A stretch of DNA of 64,000 nucleotides, from the NCBI RefSeq assembly GCF_001194135.2, contig NC_068981.1:100607043-100671042 (forward strand), in the 5' to 3' direction. Shown one piece after another: positions 26,031 to 38,973 of this stretch. How positions within the stretch are numbered: position 1 is the first letter of the stretch; each line of letters opens with the position of its first letter. The notes under the pieces are model-generated. The model ran no database searches and was not told where the DNA came from. It saw nothing but the letters and a program-made list of their open reading frames with translations. This DNA is from Octopus bimaculoides (lineage: Eukaryota). The translations under genes were made by a program, and so were the position numbers.

Positions 26031-26230
26031 GGTTTTGGCATGAGGACGATAAATTCTTCTATGATATGCTGCTTTCACAAGAATCTGACACAATCATTCC
26101 ACTCTGCATACGATCACTAGTAGGCCTTGTTCCTTTGATTGCTACAACTGTCGTTGATGTTTCATCAATAAGGATTAATAATCCTGAGCTTTTTGCTGTC
26201 CTGAGAGATGCTGCTTCCAACAGTAGCAAG
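26031..26230 (+). CDS. GH63-type hydrolase exon K
   Basis: cttttccag acceptor; (G)FWHEDDKFFYDMLL...IRSLVGLVPLIA...SNSSK containing W...D.FFYD and RSLVGLxPL; donor gtacaa; phase 1 in, phase 0 out. Confidence 0.92.
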
Positions 26231-26716
26231 GTACAAATTATTATTATTGTTGTTATCTATGTTACAAACGGTATTACTATAACAGATATTACTATTAATC
26301 TTATCATTATACATATACTAAATTAACAACCTACACTATTAATAGCAACATTAAGTTGTTGTTGCTTATTCCCAGGTCATTTCTGATAGAGCAGACCTGT
26401 GATAAACAGTATTCCACTCTTCCCAGAAAACTACAGCTTCTACACTCTTCATTTTGACCTCTTTTATCAGACACCAGAAAACCAATTTGGTAATCTAAAA
26501 CTTCAAATGCTTAAAGACAGGATGCAAACACAAACATACTCCTAAAACTTATAGGGTCTAAAAGAATCTTTGTACTTGCCAACACCTACAAATCCTGTGC
26601 CAACAATGCCGAATTCTCAGTTTCTCTAATCTGATTAAAATCATAACAATTCTGAAGCTCAACAAAGGTACAAATGGAGTAACATTATATACCCATCACC
26701 CTCTTATGCACACCAT

Positions 26717-26925
26717 CAGGTGTGGCTGTGTGGTAAGAAGCTTGCTTTCCACCTACATGGTTCTGGGTTCAGTTTCACTGCATGGCACCTTGGACGAGTA
26801 TCTTCTTCTATAGCCTCAGGCTGACCAAAGCCTTATGAGTAGGGTTGGTAGATGGAAACTGAAGGAAGCCTATCATGTGTGTGTGTCTTTATGTCTTGTG
26901 TTTGTCCCCACACCACTACTTGACA
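26717..26925 (+). mobile_element. 5' half of a tRNA-derived SINE fused to an RTE LINE
   Basis: gtggctgtgtggtaagaagcttgc... head as in the full copy at 33160-33558; stops at cttgaca. Confidence 0.8.
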
Positions 26926-29757
26926 GGGATCTTATCTTTGTGGCTGGTGACTTCAATAGACATGCTGGACAACATGCAGGGGGCTTCCATGGCATACATG
27001 GAGTCTATGATTTTGGTTTCCACAATGAGGAGGAAACCAGGCTGCTGGAGTTCTGCAGTGCAAATGATCTTATGGTTTACAATACTAACTTCAGGAAACC
27101 TGCCATTCACCTACTCACCTACCGATCTGGTAAACACACTAGTCAAATTGACTACATCCTCTCCAGAAAAAGGGAAAGATGGCTGCTTATAAATGCCAAA
27201 ACCATCCCAGGCAAAGAATGTACCCCACAGCATAGACTAATAGTTAGCAACTTCAGGACCAGGGCTAAATGGATGTCCAGAAGACGACCAGCATGGAGGA
27301 GAAGGGTCTGGAAGCTTAAAGATCCTGCAAATGGACAGAGATTTAGAGACATATTACTCAAAGCTTTTGACGAAATAGATGGGGATATAGCATCACATGA
27401 TGTAGAAGACAACTGGAAGTTTCTATGGGACAACTTGCTGAGGGCCACTGACCAGATCTGTGGATGGTGCAAAGTCCCCTCTTGACCCAAGGTAACGTGG
27501 TGGTGGAACAATGTTGTTGACAGGGCCATTAGGGAAAAGAAACAGGACTGGAAGAATGGTGGTAGCAGGGAATTGTATCAGATTGCCAGAAGAGAAGCTA
27601 GGAGACAGGTTTATTTAGCCAGAGGGGAAGCAGATAAGAAAAAATTTGCCAATGTTCTGCACCGTGAGGACCAAAGACTTGAGGTATTTCATATTGCAAG
27701 ACAGTGTGTGAGGGAGAATCATGATGTTGTAAGAGAGAAATGTGTTCGCATGGATGATGGTTCGCTTTCATTAAACGAGGCTGCAAAGAGAGAGGTTTGG
27801 AGATGCCACTATGAAAGGTTGCTAATAAAGGGAATTAATGAGAGAAAGAGAGTCTGACGAATGCCGGTCCAACAGAGGGACCAGCTATCCAAATTGACAG
27901 TACCTTGGTAGATAAAGCAATTAAGAGTATGAAGACAGGGAAAGCCCCTAGCCCATCAGGAATCACCACAGAGATGCTCAAAATATCTGACGGTGTCAGC
28001 TATAGCCTAGTCACCCATATAGTTAACCAGGTGATACACGAAGGAGTCATACCCAATGACTGGTGTAGCAGCACCATAGTCAACTGCTACAAAGGTAAAG
28101 GTGACACTTTAGATACAAATAATTGCAGAGGTATCAAATTGTTGAATCAGGTAATGAAGGTCAAGGAGAGGGTAATAGCCCAACTAATTAAGGAGAGAAT
28201 CAGTCTAGATGAGATGCAATTTGGGCTCATGCAAGGGAAAAGCCCCTCTGATGCTATATTTCTGGTAAGACAGCTGCAGGAGAAATACCTAGCCAAAGAT
28301 AAACCTCTGTACCTGGCTTTTGTTGACATGGAGAAAGCCTTTGACAGGGTCCCCTGATCCCTTATCTAGTGGTCAATGAGAAAACTAGGGATAGATGAAT
28401 GTTTAGTGACAGCTGTACAAGGCATGTACAGAGATGCTCTCAGTTAGGTGAGTGTTGGCAACGAGTACAATGAAGAATTCCGGTTAGGGGTAGGGGTCCA
28501 CCAAGGATCAGTCCTCAGCCCCATCTGATTCATCATAGTCCTCCTGGCAATAACAGAGGAATTCAAGACAGAATGCCCCTGGGAGCTGCTCTATGCTGAT
28601 GACCTTGCTCTAATTGCTGAGTCACTATCAGAACTAGAGGAAAAGTTTCAGGTGTGGAAGTAAGAATTAGGATCAAAGGGCCTTAGAGTCAACTTAGCTA
28701 AAACCAAAGTCTTAATAAGTAAGAAGGCAGACAAATCACAAATCCCTTCAGGTAGATGACCCTGCTCGATCTTTAGAAAAGGCATAGGTAGAAACTCCAT
28801 AAGATGTACCTGGTGTACGCTATGGACACATAAGAGGTGCAGCAATATCAAAGAAGGCTAACTAGGAAGATAGTTTTTGTATGTGGCAAATGCTCAGGTG
28901 CTATAAACAATGAAAATGTGCAGAGAACAGCTTCTGTCACATTCCAGGGAGAAAAACTAGAAGTAGTTGATAGCTTCCGTTACCTAGGTGACCAAGTTTG
29001 TAGTGGGGTAGATGCTCTGAGAGTGTAGCTGCTAGAATAAGAATAGCTTGGGCAAAGTTCAGAGAGCTCCTACCACTGCTGGTGACAAAGGGCCTCTCGC
29101 TCAGAGTAAAAGGTATACTGTATGACACGTGTGTACGAACAGCCATGCTACATGGCAGTGAAACATGGGCTGTGACTGCTGAGGATATGCATAAGCTTGA
29201 AGGAATGAAGCCAGTATGCTCCGCTGGATGTGTAATGTCAGTGTGCATACTCGACAGAATGTAAGCGCCCTGAGAGAAAAGTTGGATTTAAGAAGCATCA
29301 GATGTGGTGTGCAAGATAGATGACTGCGCAGATATGGTCATGTGTTGGAAATGAATGAGGACAGCTGTGTGAAAAAGTGTCACACCCTAGCAGTTGAGGG
29401 ATCCTGTGGAAGAGGTAGACCCAGGAAGACCTGGGATGAGGTGGTGAAGCATGACCTTTGAACATTGGGCCTTACCGAGGCAATGACTAGTGACCGAGAC
29501 CTTTGGAGATATGCTGTGCTTGAGAAGACCCAACAAGCCAAGTGAGACCATAGCCCATAGCCTATGCCAGTGGGTGTAACCAGCCCACATATGAGTACCC
29601 CTCATTCATTGGACAATAAACTCTGCTTGCGAAGACCTATTGAGGCAAGTGAAATCAAATCAAAATCACTGACGTGGCCTATGACAGTACCACTTGATTG
29701 GCACTTGTGCCAGTGGAACGTTAAAAGCACATCTGAGTGTGATCATCGCCAGGGCCA
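26926..29757 (+). mobile_element. RTE-clade LINE, 5'-truncated and pseudogenised
   Basis: APE motifs AGDFN and SQIDYIL; RT motifs AFVDMEKAFDRVP, GVHQGSVLSP and LLYADDL; C-terminal GRGRPRKTW; 3' UTR subrepeat; in-frame stops and frameshifts. Confidence 0.95.
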
Positions 29758-30175
29758 TGGATCCAAACTAAGAGCGCGTTCTGCCTCATCTTCGAAACAC
29801 CTAGTTTAGAATAGAGGCAGCTGATGAAGGAAAAGTTCCATAAGTGGCTTGTTTGTTTTCCTATGTGTTCATTCTGTTGTCCATAAAAAAAGTTCGTTTT
29901 TTTTGCTTTGTTTATGTTCTTGTTCCATTTTTGTCCACGTTTTTTGACGTCCTGTACCCGGATATGCATCTATATATACATGTAGATGTAGGTATGTAAA
30001 TATATGTATGTATATATGCATATTCTCACATATCATTTGTAATATATATATATATACATACACACATATATACATATCGATATATATATATATAATTGTT
30101 AAACAGGGCATCAAACATTATGGTAAAGCAAACATCTCAAGTCATATACGATATTATTACAGGAAGGAATTTAAA

Positions 30176-30231
30176 ATCTTACAGCTCTTTCTGGTATATC
30201 CCCAAGTATGGGATATTCTGTCATCAGAGAC
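30176..30231 (-). ncRNA. Degenerate minimal type I hammerhead ribozyme motif
   Basis: Minus strand gUCU-CUGAUGA-caga-AUAUCCC(loop)GGGAUAU-acca-GAAA-gAGCUGUA-AGAu: core boxes, 7-bp stem II, near-palindromic stem III, GUA site and UCU/AGA stem I. Confidence 0.55.
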
Positions 30232-30870
30232 AAATTGGGGAAAAAAGATATAGAAAATGAGAATGGTATATCTCAATAAGATGACAACATAGAGTGAGGG
30301 AGTAAAAGAATAAGGAGATGGAAAGAGAGAATAAAAAAGAAGCAAAGAAGTTCATAGTTCAACTTTCCGAAGTTATAGAAATTAAATCCTGCATAGATCC
30401 ATGAGCGTAAGTCTTTAGGTGCAATCCTGTGTATATCCATGTGGGTTAAAGTCCTGATATAGTAGACACCCCAAGAAAATGACAAGAGCATATCAACTTT
30501 CAATAACAGAATGGTAGCAGAGGTGGCTATTAAGTGGGAAAAGTAAAGAAAAGAAATAGAAAGAGAGTTGAATAGAGTGAGGTAGGGATTGGCTATAGGA
30601 TAAAGTAATGTGTATATGTGTATGGTGTCTAAGAATTGTGTATGGGGTGGGATGGGTAGCTGAGAAGATAAGAGAGAGGATGAGGAGGTAGAGGAAGATA
30701 GGGTAAAAAAAAAATAGAGTGAAATGAAAGGAATTTAAAGAGAGTGGTAGATGTCTGGTAGTTTCAAAGATTAAAGTTGTGGGGGAGGAAATTTGGTAGT
30801 AATTGCTTGTGTCTGTCCAGGCTAAGGTCAGTGGCTGTAGAGTTATTTTTAGCAATGGGGATGTGTAGTT
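30176..30870 (-). mobile_element. Penelope-like element 3' remnant (tentative)
   Basis: Frameshifted IRTL-NPHG resembles the PLE C-terminal GTLxPxG; pyrimidine-rich minus strand; ends in a minimal hammerhead motif. Confidence 0.4.
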
Positions 30871-32651
30871 GAAAAAGGATGAGCTAGTTGAATATTAAAC
30901 TATATATGCATGGGAGTTAGTTAGTTGTTTATAGTAGGGGTTTTTTGGGGGTTAAGGTTTAAACTAAATTTCGGATAAATTAAAGAATTAATATTTAGCT
31001 CATAGTGTGATGAGGTACAGTAGATCGATATGAGGTAAGATATATGATAGAAATCAGAATTATAGAGATTTAGAAGGGTATGCATTAATGATCATATACA
31101 TATCTCCCTTAAATCACACAAAGTAAACGGAATTTAAAAAATCTAATTACTGCACTGGAAAGTTCACATCGAGAAAATTCCATTGATGTAAAAATTTTTA
31201 CGAAAAAGTAGAAAATGTGGATTACTATAAACTTTTGAAAAGGCTTCACAATGACACACAACTTCAGCTTTATATATTAAGATAAATAAGCTGGTTATAT
31301 TATTTGCAACTTATGTGCTTGTTATACACAAAATATTTAAACAATTTTGTATACAATTCCTAATAATATTTAGTCACAAAAGTATAATAGGAGTTTTTAG
31401 ACATTGAATGGTTTTGAGAATCCCACCCACTGAGTAAAATAGCAATGAAAGGGGTCCATTGGGACAAAATGGTTGAGAACCATTGATCTAGACAAACATA
31501 AAAATCATAGACACCAGAAATAGCTATGGCATGATTAGCTTCACTAGCCTAAAACAGAAACAATCAGAGCTGAGGAACACCAACTTTCATAGTCTAACTA
31601 AGTCCATTTTGTCTACTTCCACTGTAACCACCACCAGAATTTCTAAGCATATAGAAATTGACTTGATAGTAGTGAGAGTGCAATATGTCCAAGCTATCAA
31701 CACTGCAGCACCTCATACATTTCGTCACTATGTGTCAGAGCAAGCCATATTGTCCTCAGCTAGGTAGACGCATGGTATAATGGCATAACTAAGACGTGTG
31801 GTTCATGCCTGGTAGTTTGATCAACTTTCTACATACAATAGGACTGCTTGATCAGAGCTGACCTGTGGCTACACAACTACAGCTGCATCTACACTACCTC
31901 TATTGGATACACCAATCACTACACTTCATACAGCCTTTAAATGGTCACTTACCCTGAGAGAAACAGTAGCCAAATCTCCCTTTAAAAAAAGTAATGTGAT
32001 GGTCATGCTTTTAGTCATAAATCTGTTCTGTTAAGTCTGGTCTAGGACAAAACAACAATAACAACCACTACCACCACTGCCATCTTACTACACTGCATTG
32101 ATCAATTGATATATGTCTCATCTTTTACCACTACCGTTGCCTACTACTAGAAAGTCTTTACATAGTCATTCAACTTCTAGTAATAGCAGCTAAATTACCC
32201 TTACATCATATTTTTACCAACTTAAAAAGGATGAGTACATTAGATAATATAATTCTATGTCTGAATAAAAGGTGGTATGGTCACAGTTGGAATGGTCTGC
32301 TATATCAAGACTGACCCAGGGTAAGACACCAATAACTACTACCTCTTCATCATTCCACTAATGCATGCAGTTACAATTACATACAATACCACTGCATCTT
32401 GCCAACCCAGGTTGTTACCACTATACACTACAAGTACATCAACATGAGTCAATGAAGGAAATATTGTGATGTCACTGAACTTGCTAGAGATAGTAGCCAA
32501 ATCTCACCATCTTCAATAAAACAAAGGGAGAAATTCAGTAATGTAATCTGAGCTAAAAAAGAGAAAAAACAGGTTGGTCACATCTGGAATACTTTTGATC
32601 ACATGTCTCTTTGATTATGCTTGACCTGGAGTTAAGCCATAACAACAGCTG

Positions 32652-32880
32652 TTAAACCCTTTCGTTATTATATTTATTTTGAGATGCTCTGTGTTTCTTT
32701 CAATTACTTTAAATATAACAAAGAATTTAGTAAAATAACTTAGTTATCATTCAGCTAGTGTTAGGAACATAAATTGTGACTAAGGTTTGGTGGAAGATTT
32801 TAATTCAAAACTTATGAAAACAAGACATTTGTACTCAGAGCCAGAGCCGGTTTCAACTAGATTGGTAATGAAAGGGTTAA
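32652..32880. mobile_element. piggyBac-type MITE, second family (related copy ~53594-53790)
   Basis: TTAAACCCTTTCGTTA...TAATGAAAGGGTTAA termini. Confidence 0.7.
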
Positions 32881-32961
32881 TATTTCAATTATCTCCAGAT
32901 ATTTGTTTCATTCAAAGTCTATGACTGCAACTGCTTCATTGTTTTATTTTCTTTCTTTTAG

Positions 32962-33087
32962 GTGCAAATGGACAAAAACAAGCTATTTATATCATTTGTT
33001 TCTACAGAACAGCTCCAACATATTCTGGGTTACCTATTCAGTGAGACAGAATTCTTGTCTCCCTTTGGAATTAGATCTCTTTCAAAG
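32962..33087 (+). CDS. GH63-type hydrolase exon L
   Basis: ctttctttttag acceptor; VQMDKNKLFISFVSTEQLQHILGYLFSETEFLSPFGIRSLSK containing EFLSPxGIRSLSK; donor gtttgt; 126 nt, phase 0/0. Confidence 0.93.
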
Positions 33088-33159
33088 GTTTGTTGTTACT
33101 TTTCTTTTACATCCTATTTATAAAATAGAATCTTCAAAGTTTAAATTAAACAAACTATA

Positions 33160-33558
33160 GGTGCAGGAGTGGCTGTGTGGTAAGTAGCTTGCTTACCAAC
33201 CACATGGTTCTGGGTTCAGTCCCACTGCGTGGCATCTTGGGCAAATGTCTTCTACTATAGCCTCGGGCCGATCAAAGCCTTGTGAGTGGATTTGGTAGAC
33301 GGAAACTGAAAGAAGTCCGTCGTATATATGTATATATATATATATGTGTGTGTCTGTGTTTGTCCCCCTAGTATTGCTTGACAAACGATGCTGGTGTGTT
33401 TATGTCTCCGTAACTTAGCGGTTTGGCAAAAGAGACCGATAGAATAAGTACTAGGCTTACAAAGAATAAGTCCCGGGATCGATTTGCTCGACTAAAGGCG
33501 GTGCTCCAGCATGGCCGCAGTCAAATGACTGAAGCAAGTAAAAGAGTAAAAGAGTAAA
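33160..33558 (+). mobile_element. Full-length tRNA-derived SINE with an internal (TA)/(TG) microsatellite (other copies 11139-12475 split, 43530-43890, 46320-46530)
   Basis: A box TGGCTGTGTGG, B-box-like GGTTCAGTCC, and an agtaaaag repeat tail. Confidence 0.85.
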
Positions 33559-34573
33559 CTGCCTGTGCTTGCATGCATGTATTTGCGTGTGTGGATGTGT
33601 GCATGTTTTTGCTTGTATATTTATATAGCTTGGTTGTGCTGCTTGCACAGATTCCCATGACTCCCTGTTGCTACCCAGCTCTACTATTCATATTTGAATT
33701 GGAAGCTTGAGTTACAACGAGTCTTTCATCAGCTGATTACACAACAATGGATGTGTTGCGGTTACTCTCTTGATAGACCTTAGTGATCCTGACTGTTGAC
33801 CTTCTAGGATTCCTCTGCTCGACATCAATGTAGGAAGCACTGTTGGTTCAGTTGAGCTCTTCCACTGCCATATCCCTGGCAGGGTGGCTGAATGGTTGCT
33901 ATGCCTTGCCAAAGGGCAACCCATAACTATGCAGGGCACAGTCATCACTCCTTGAGTTATTTTCAAAATACCCACATACCTATATGCTTATGTAAGTGCC
34001 TGGTAAAATTATCATCATCATCATCATTTAATGTCCATTGTCCATGCTGGCATGGGTTGGATGATTTGGCCAGAGCTGGAGTGCTGCACCAGACACCAGT
34101 CTGATTTGTCAGGGTTTCTTCAGCTGGATGCCCTTCCTAATATCAACCACTTTATGGAGTGTGCTGGGTGCTTTTATGTGGCACTGCATGGGTGTATGCA
34201 GTGCCACAGTGTTATATAGCACCGCACAGGCACTTTTAAGAAACAAAAATCAGAAACATGGGACACAATAAGGTACATCACTCTTGAAATGCAAAGTTAA
34301 CTCTGGCGATATCTGAATTCAAAATGGGTGGTGGAATTACTCTGATGTCTGGCTTAACACCACCACCTGTCTCTCTTCTGGTTTTAGCAGATTCAAATCT
34401 GTTGCAAGCATTCAAATCATGTCTTCAATCTGCAAACTTCTTCCCCTCCTCTCACCCAGTCTTGGAGAACCTAAAAAAGGTCATATGTTCTGCCCTTCTT
34501 CTTCTGGCTAAAACATAAAAAAATGAAAACAAAGAAAAATTTAGTTAAATAATTCAAGGCATTTTGTTTACGT

Positions 34574-34840
34574 CAGGGATTTTCAAACTTTTTGACTTGC
34601 GGGCCCCTTTATATTTCAGGCTTTACCTTATAAACACTTATGAAATTTATACATAAATATTTGCTTAAAATAACATATATTTTTACATTTATTTATTTAA
34701 CAGTATTTAACAAATAGGTTTATTGTCAATTAAAAGATTTCAATTAAAAAACATATCTAAAATCAAATTGCCCATAAAAAGTATTTGCTGTCCACAGACC
34801 CCCTGTCATGTCCTTGCGGACCACAGTTTGAAAACCCCTG
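34574..34840. mobile_element. hAT-Charlie-type MITE
   Basis: TIRs CAGGGATTTTCAAACT / AGTTTGAAAACCCCTG (15/16); perfect 8-bp TSD GTTTACGT. Confidence 0.93.
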
Positions 34841-35811
34841 GTTTACGTCACTCCACTGCCTTTTGGTTTTTGTGAGCAGCGGCACCAGTGGTTGTAGATT
34901 TCCAACAAGTCAGTCACTGAATCACTGTATTTTTTAATAGTAAGAATGGCAAGAGAGTATCTATGCAATGCAGAAGGAACAAATACTGCCAAGTATTTTT
35001 GTTTTTTCTGTTTTTTTTTAAAGCTTAGCACTTATACTATTGGTCTCTTTTACTGAACCACTAAGTTATAGGGACATAAACAAACCAATGCCAGTTGTCA
35101 ACTGGTGGCAGGGTGGGGGGCAAAGTCGAAAACACAAGCACACACACACACATATTTACATATAAATGTATATATGACAGGTTTCTTTCAGTTTCCTTCT
35201 ACCAAATCCACTCACAAGGCTTTAGTCGGCTTGAGATTATAGAAGACATTTGCCCAAGGTGTCATGCAGTGTGACTGAACCTGGAATCATGTGGTTGGGA
35301 AACAAACTTCTTATCACAGAGCCATGCCTGTTCCTATAACCATTTTTTTATTTTCTGCTTTCTGAATGCTAAGTACATCTCTGATTGGAAGTTTCATGAT
35401 TCTGGAATGCATAATGTAGCATTGATATTTTTTTACACATTCTTCCTTGTTACTGAGTGACTGTGTTGTTCACTCACTGGTTGTCACAGAAACAAAGTTT
35501 TCTTTCTGGCTTCGCCATTTTTTTGTTTGTTTTGTTTTTTGGTGGGGTTGTTATGTTTTTTTGGCGGGGTTGTTGTGTTTTTCTTTAACCCTTTAGCATT
35601 TAAACCAGCCATATCAAACCAAAATATTCTACCTGCTTTATGTTCAAACAGGCCAGATCTGGCCTCTCACACTTACCTTACAATATCATTCTAAAAATAA
35701 ACTACCACATCATCAAAATCTTGAAGCTATGGGATTAATACATGAGTAATTCAAAACAATTTGAATAAATAAAGAATATGTTTAATAGAATAATCTGAAC
35801 CCTAAAGATTA

Positions 35812-36823
35812 TTAGTGGAAATCCAGAGGAGCAATATCTGGTGAAATGGAGGGCGGGGTAACACATCCCAGCCGAGTTGCAGCAATTTTTGTCTGGTTCC
35901 CAAAGAAACGTGCGGTCTTGCATTATTATGTTGGAAAACAACACCCTTCCTGTTGGCCAATTCTGGATGTTTCTCTTGAATTGCTGTTTTTAACTCATCC
36001 AGTTGTGTGCAGTATTTCTCAGAATTAATTGTCTGGTTACTTGGGAGAAGCTCATAGTACAGAATTCCTTTCCAGTCCCACCAGACACAAAGCAAAACTT
36101 TTTTAGGCTGAAGACCCACTTTTGGGGTGGCTAAGGGTGGCTCATGTTGCTTACTCCAGGATCGCTTTCTCTAAACATTTTGGTAGATAATCCATTTCTC
36201 ATCCCCTGTCACAATATGCTTTAAAAAAGATGCCTTTTCATTCCGTTTATAAAGTGAATCACAGATGGAAATGCGATCCAAAAGGTTCTTCTCCCTCAAC
36301 TCATGTAGTACCCAAACATGTAGCGATTTGTGTACCCAAGCTTTACCAGGTGCTCATGAATGACGGATTTTGATAGGTTGAGGCTTTCTGCCAATTCTCG
36401 GGTTGTGCAATGAGGGTTATTCTCAATTAATAACTTAATTTGGTCATCATTTGTAGTGGATGGTCTGCCTGATCGATCTTTATCAAAAAGGCTACAATCT
36501 TCAACTCAAAACCTCGCGAACCACTTCCATACAGTTTTTTTCGGATAAAGAAACATCACCGTAAACTGTGCATATTTCTTTGGTTGCTTTACGGAAAAAG
36601 AAAAGCATCAAGTACCGAAAATGAACTTTCTTATCTTCCATTTTAAAGGGTTTCAGAATTAACACAGGTTATAGGAACATAAACCTTCTTCCACGAAAAG
36701 ATAGCTTAAACTGTGCTCTAAATGGCGGTGTAGTCAAATCCTATTTTATGGACTCAACCATGTTCTAAAATAAGTCGAAAGGTAAGCTGCTATAAATCGG
36801 CACAAACTTTCTGGACAACCCAA
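35812..36823 (-). mobile_element. Mariner element, 3'-truncated, degraded transposase
   Basis: TA-TTGGGTTGTCCAGAAAGTTTGTGCCGATTT left TIR; peptides LCVWWDWKGILYYELL, FQHNNARPH and VLPRPPF..DIAP.DFH; the right end is replaced by a MITE. Confidence 0.9.
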
Positions 36824-37529
36824 TAATAATAATAATAATAATAATACTTTCTAATTTTTGGCACAAGGCAAGCAATTTTGAGGAGTGAGCGCTAGTTGTT
36901 TATACTGATCCTACTGCTTGACTGGTACTTATTTCCTCAATCCCAAAAGGAAGAAAAGCAAAGTTGACCCTGACAGAATTTGAACTCAAAGACAGACAAA
37001 ATGCTTAGCAGCATTTCGCCCAGCATGCTAATGATTCTGCCAGCTTGCTACCTAAATAATTGTAATAATAATAATCCTTTCTACTGAAGGCCTGAAATCT
37101 TGTGGGAGGGGACTAGTTGATCATGTAAAACCCAGTGTTTCACTGGTACTTAATTTATCCACCCTGAAAGGATGAAAGGCAAAGTCAACCTTGGCAGAAT
37201 TTGAACCCAACATAGCAACTGGTGAATTACCGCTAAGCATTTCATCCAGCATGCTAACAATTCTACAGCTCGCCAATAATAATAATAATAATAATCCTTT
37301 ATATTGAAGGCACAAGGCTCGAAATTTGTGGGGAGGGGACTAGTCGAGTACATTGACCCCAGTGTTTCACTGGTACCTAATTTATCAACCTCAAAAGGTT
37401 GAAAAGCATAGTTGACCTCAGTGGAATTTAAACTCAGAAACTAGCTTCAGGTGAAATACCACGAAGCATTTTGCCCGACATTCTACCAGCTTGCCAATAA
37501 TAATAATAGTAACAACAATAATAATAATC

Positions 37530-37935
37530 TCTTAACATCCGTTTCCCATGCTAGCATGGGTTGAATGATTTGACCAGAGCTGGTAAGCTAGAGAGCTGCA
37601 GCAAGTTCTAGTCTGACAGTTTTGGTTTCTATAGCTGGATGTCCTTCCTAATGCCAATCACTTTACAGTGTGTGTTGAGTGTTTTTAATGTGACACTGGC
37701 ACAAATCCTTTTTACATGGCATTGACACATAACTCTTGCAGGCCAATTCTCTTCACCAGGGGGAGTGACCTTAACACTTCTGCTGTGGAGGACAGGTCTT
37801 TTTGAGTACAGCAAGGTGCCAGCTATCCTGTTCCTTTGTCATCTCATGTGAGAGGGTCAGTGTCTGGAGGTCATCCTTCAGTACTTCATCCCATGTCTTC
37901 CTAAGTCTTCCTCTTCCACATGTTCCATCCACTAT
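37530..37935 (-). mobile_element. RTE LINE 3' end fragment (a similar plus-strand fragment lies at ~40970-41130)
   Basis: GTCGRGRLRKTWDEVLKDDL...WHLAVLKKT followed by the shared 3' UTR repeat. Confidence 0.8.
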
Positions 37936-38104
37936 AAAAATAAGTATTATTATAGCTCTTTCTAATTTTGGCACCAGACCATTAGTTTTGAGGTGAGCAT
38001 ACAGTCAATTACATAATCCCTAGTAGTTAATGGGTACTTTATTCTATCAATCCTGAAAGTATGAAAGATATCAAGCCATACTTGAATGGCATATCCAGTA
38101 AATT

Positions 38105-38378
38105 CACCGTCATCAATTGACCACAGGGAAAGTTCACCGTCAAGTTTACTGTCATCAATTCACCACAGGGAAAGTTCACCGTCATCAATTCACCACACTG
38201 AAAGTTCACCGTCAAGTTCACTGTCATCAATTCCCCACAGGGAAAGTTCACCGTCAAGTTCACTGTCATCAATTCACCACAGGGAAAGTTCACCACAGGG
38301 AAAGTTCACCACAGGGAAAGTTCACCACAGGGAAAGTTCACCACAGGGAAAGTTCACCACAGGGAAAGTTCACCGTAA
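38105..38378. repeat. Minisatellite, 16-bp core CACCACAGGGAAAGTT with interspersed caccgtca/tcaatt modules; runs into an N-gap
   Basis: Direct reading; six consecutive 16-mers at ~38275-38370. Confidence 0.95.
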
Positions 38379-38973
38379 ANNNNNNNNNNNNNNNNNNNNN
38401 NNNNNNNNNNNNNNNNNNNNNNNNNNNNNNNNNNNNNNNNNNNNNNNNNNNNNNNNNNNNNNNNNNNNNNNNNNNNNNNNNNNNNNNNNNNNNNNNNNNN
38501 NNNNNNNNNNNNNNNNNNNNNNNNNNNNGGGGGGGGGGGTCCAATAAAATAGATTTAAATTATTAATGGTGACATTCTATGGATATACTTTCTCAGTAAA
38601 CTTCCCTCACAGTGAACTTTCTTAGCAGTGAATTGAATGATACTTATTTTATTGACTTCAGAAAAATGAAAGGCAAAGTTGACCTCAACAGGATTTGAAC
38701 TTCTGTGATCATGATGACAATGACGATGACGATTTAGGTATGAGGCCAATAATTTTGAGGGAAGGGGTTAGTTGATATCATCTAGCCAAGTAGTAATTTA
38801 TTTTAACAGTCCTGGAGGAATGACAGGCAAAGCTTGACTTCTGTAGGGTTTCAACTCAATAATAAACAGTATAATTTTTCAGGAGTATATGTGTGACTTG
38901 AAAGATTGAAGATACATTTCTCACTTCTTTTCAGCAGAGATTTATGTGGGCTTTTTATTTTTATTTTTTTTAG

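Noticed and set aside
29780-29845. CTGATGAAGGAAAAGTTCC with a flanking CTGCCTC/GAGGCAG inverted repeat as another hammerhead
   Set aside because: No GAAA box after the stem, and no consistent stem III or cleavage triplet in any topology I could build.
38275-38370. CRISPR-like array
   Set aside because: Contiguous 16-bp tandem units with no unique spacers, in eukaryotic intronic DNA.
38529-38539. Poly-G run as a G-quadruplex or regulatory element
   Set aside because: It sits at the edge of an N-gap, so it is likely a low-quality contig end.
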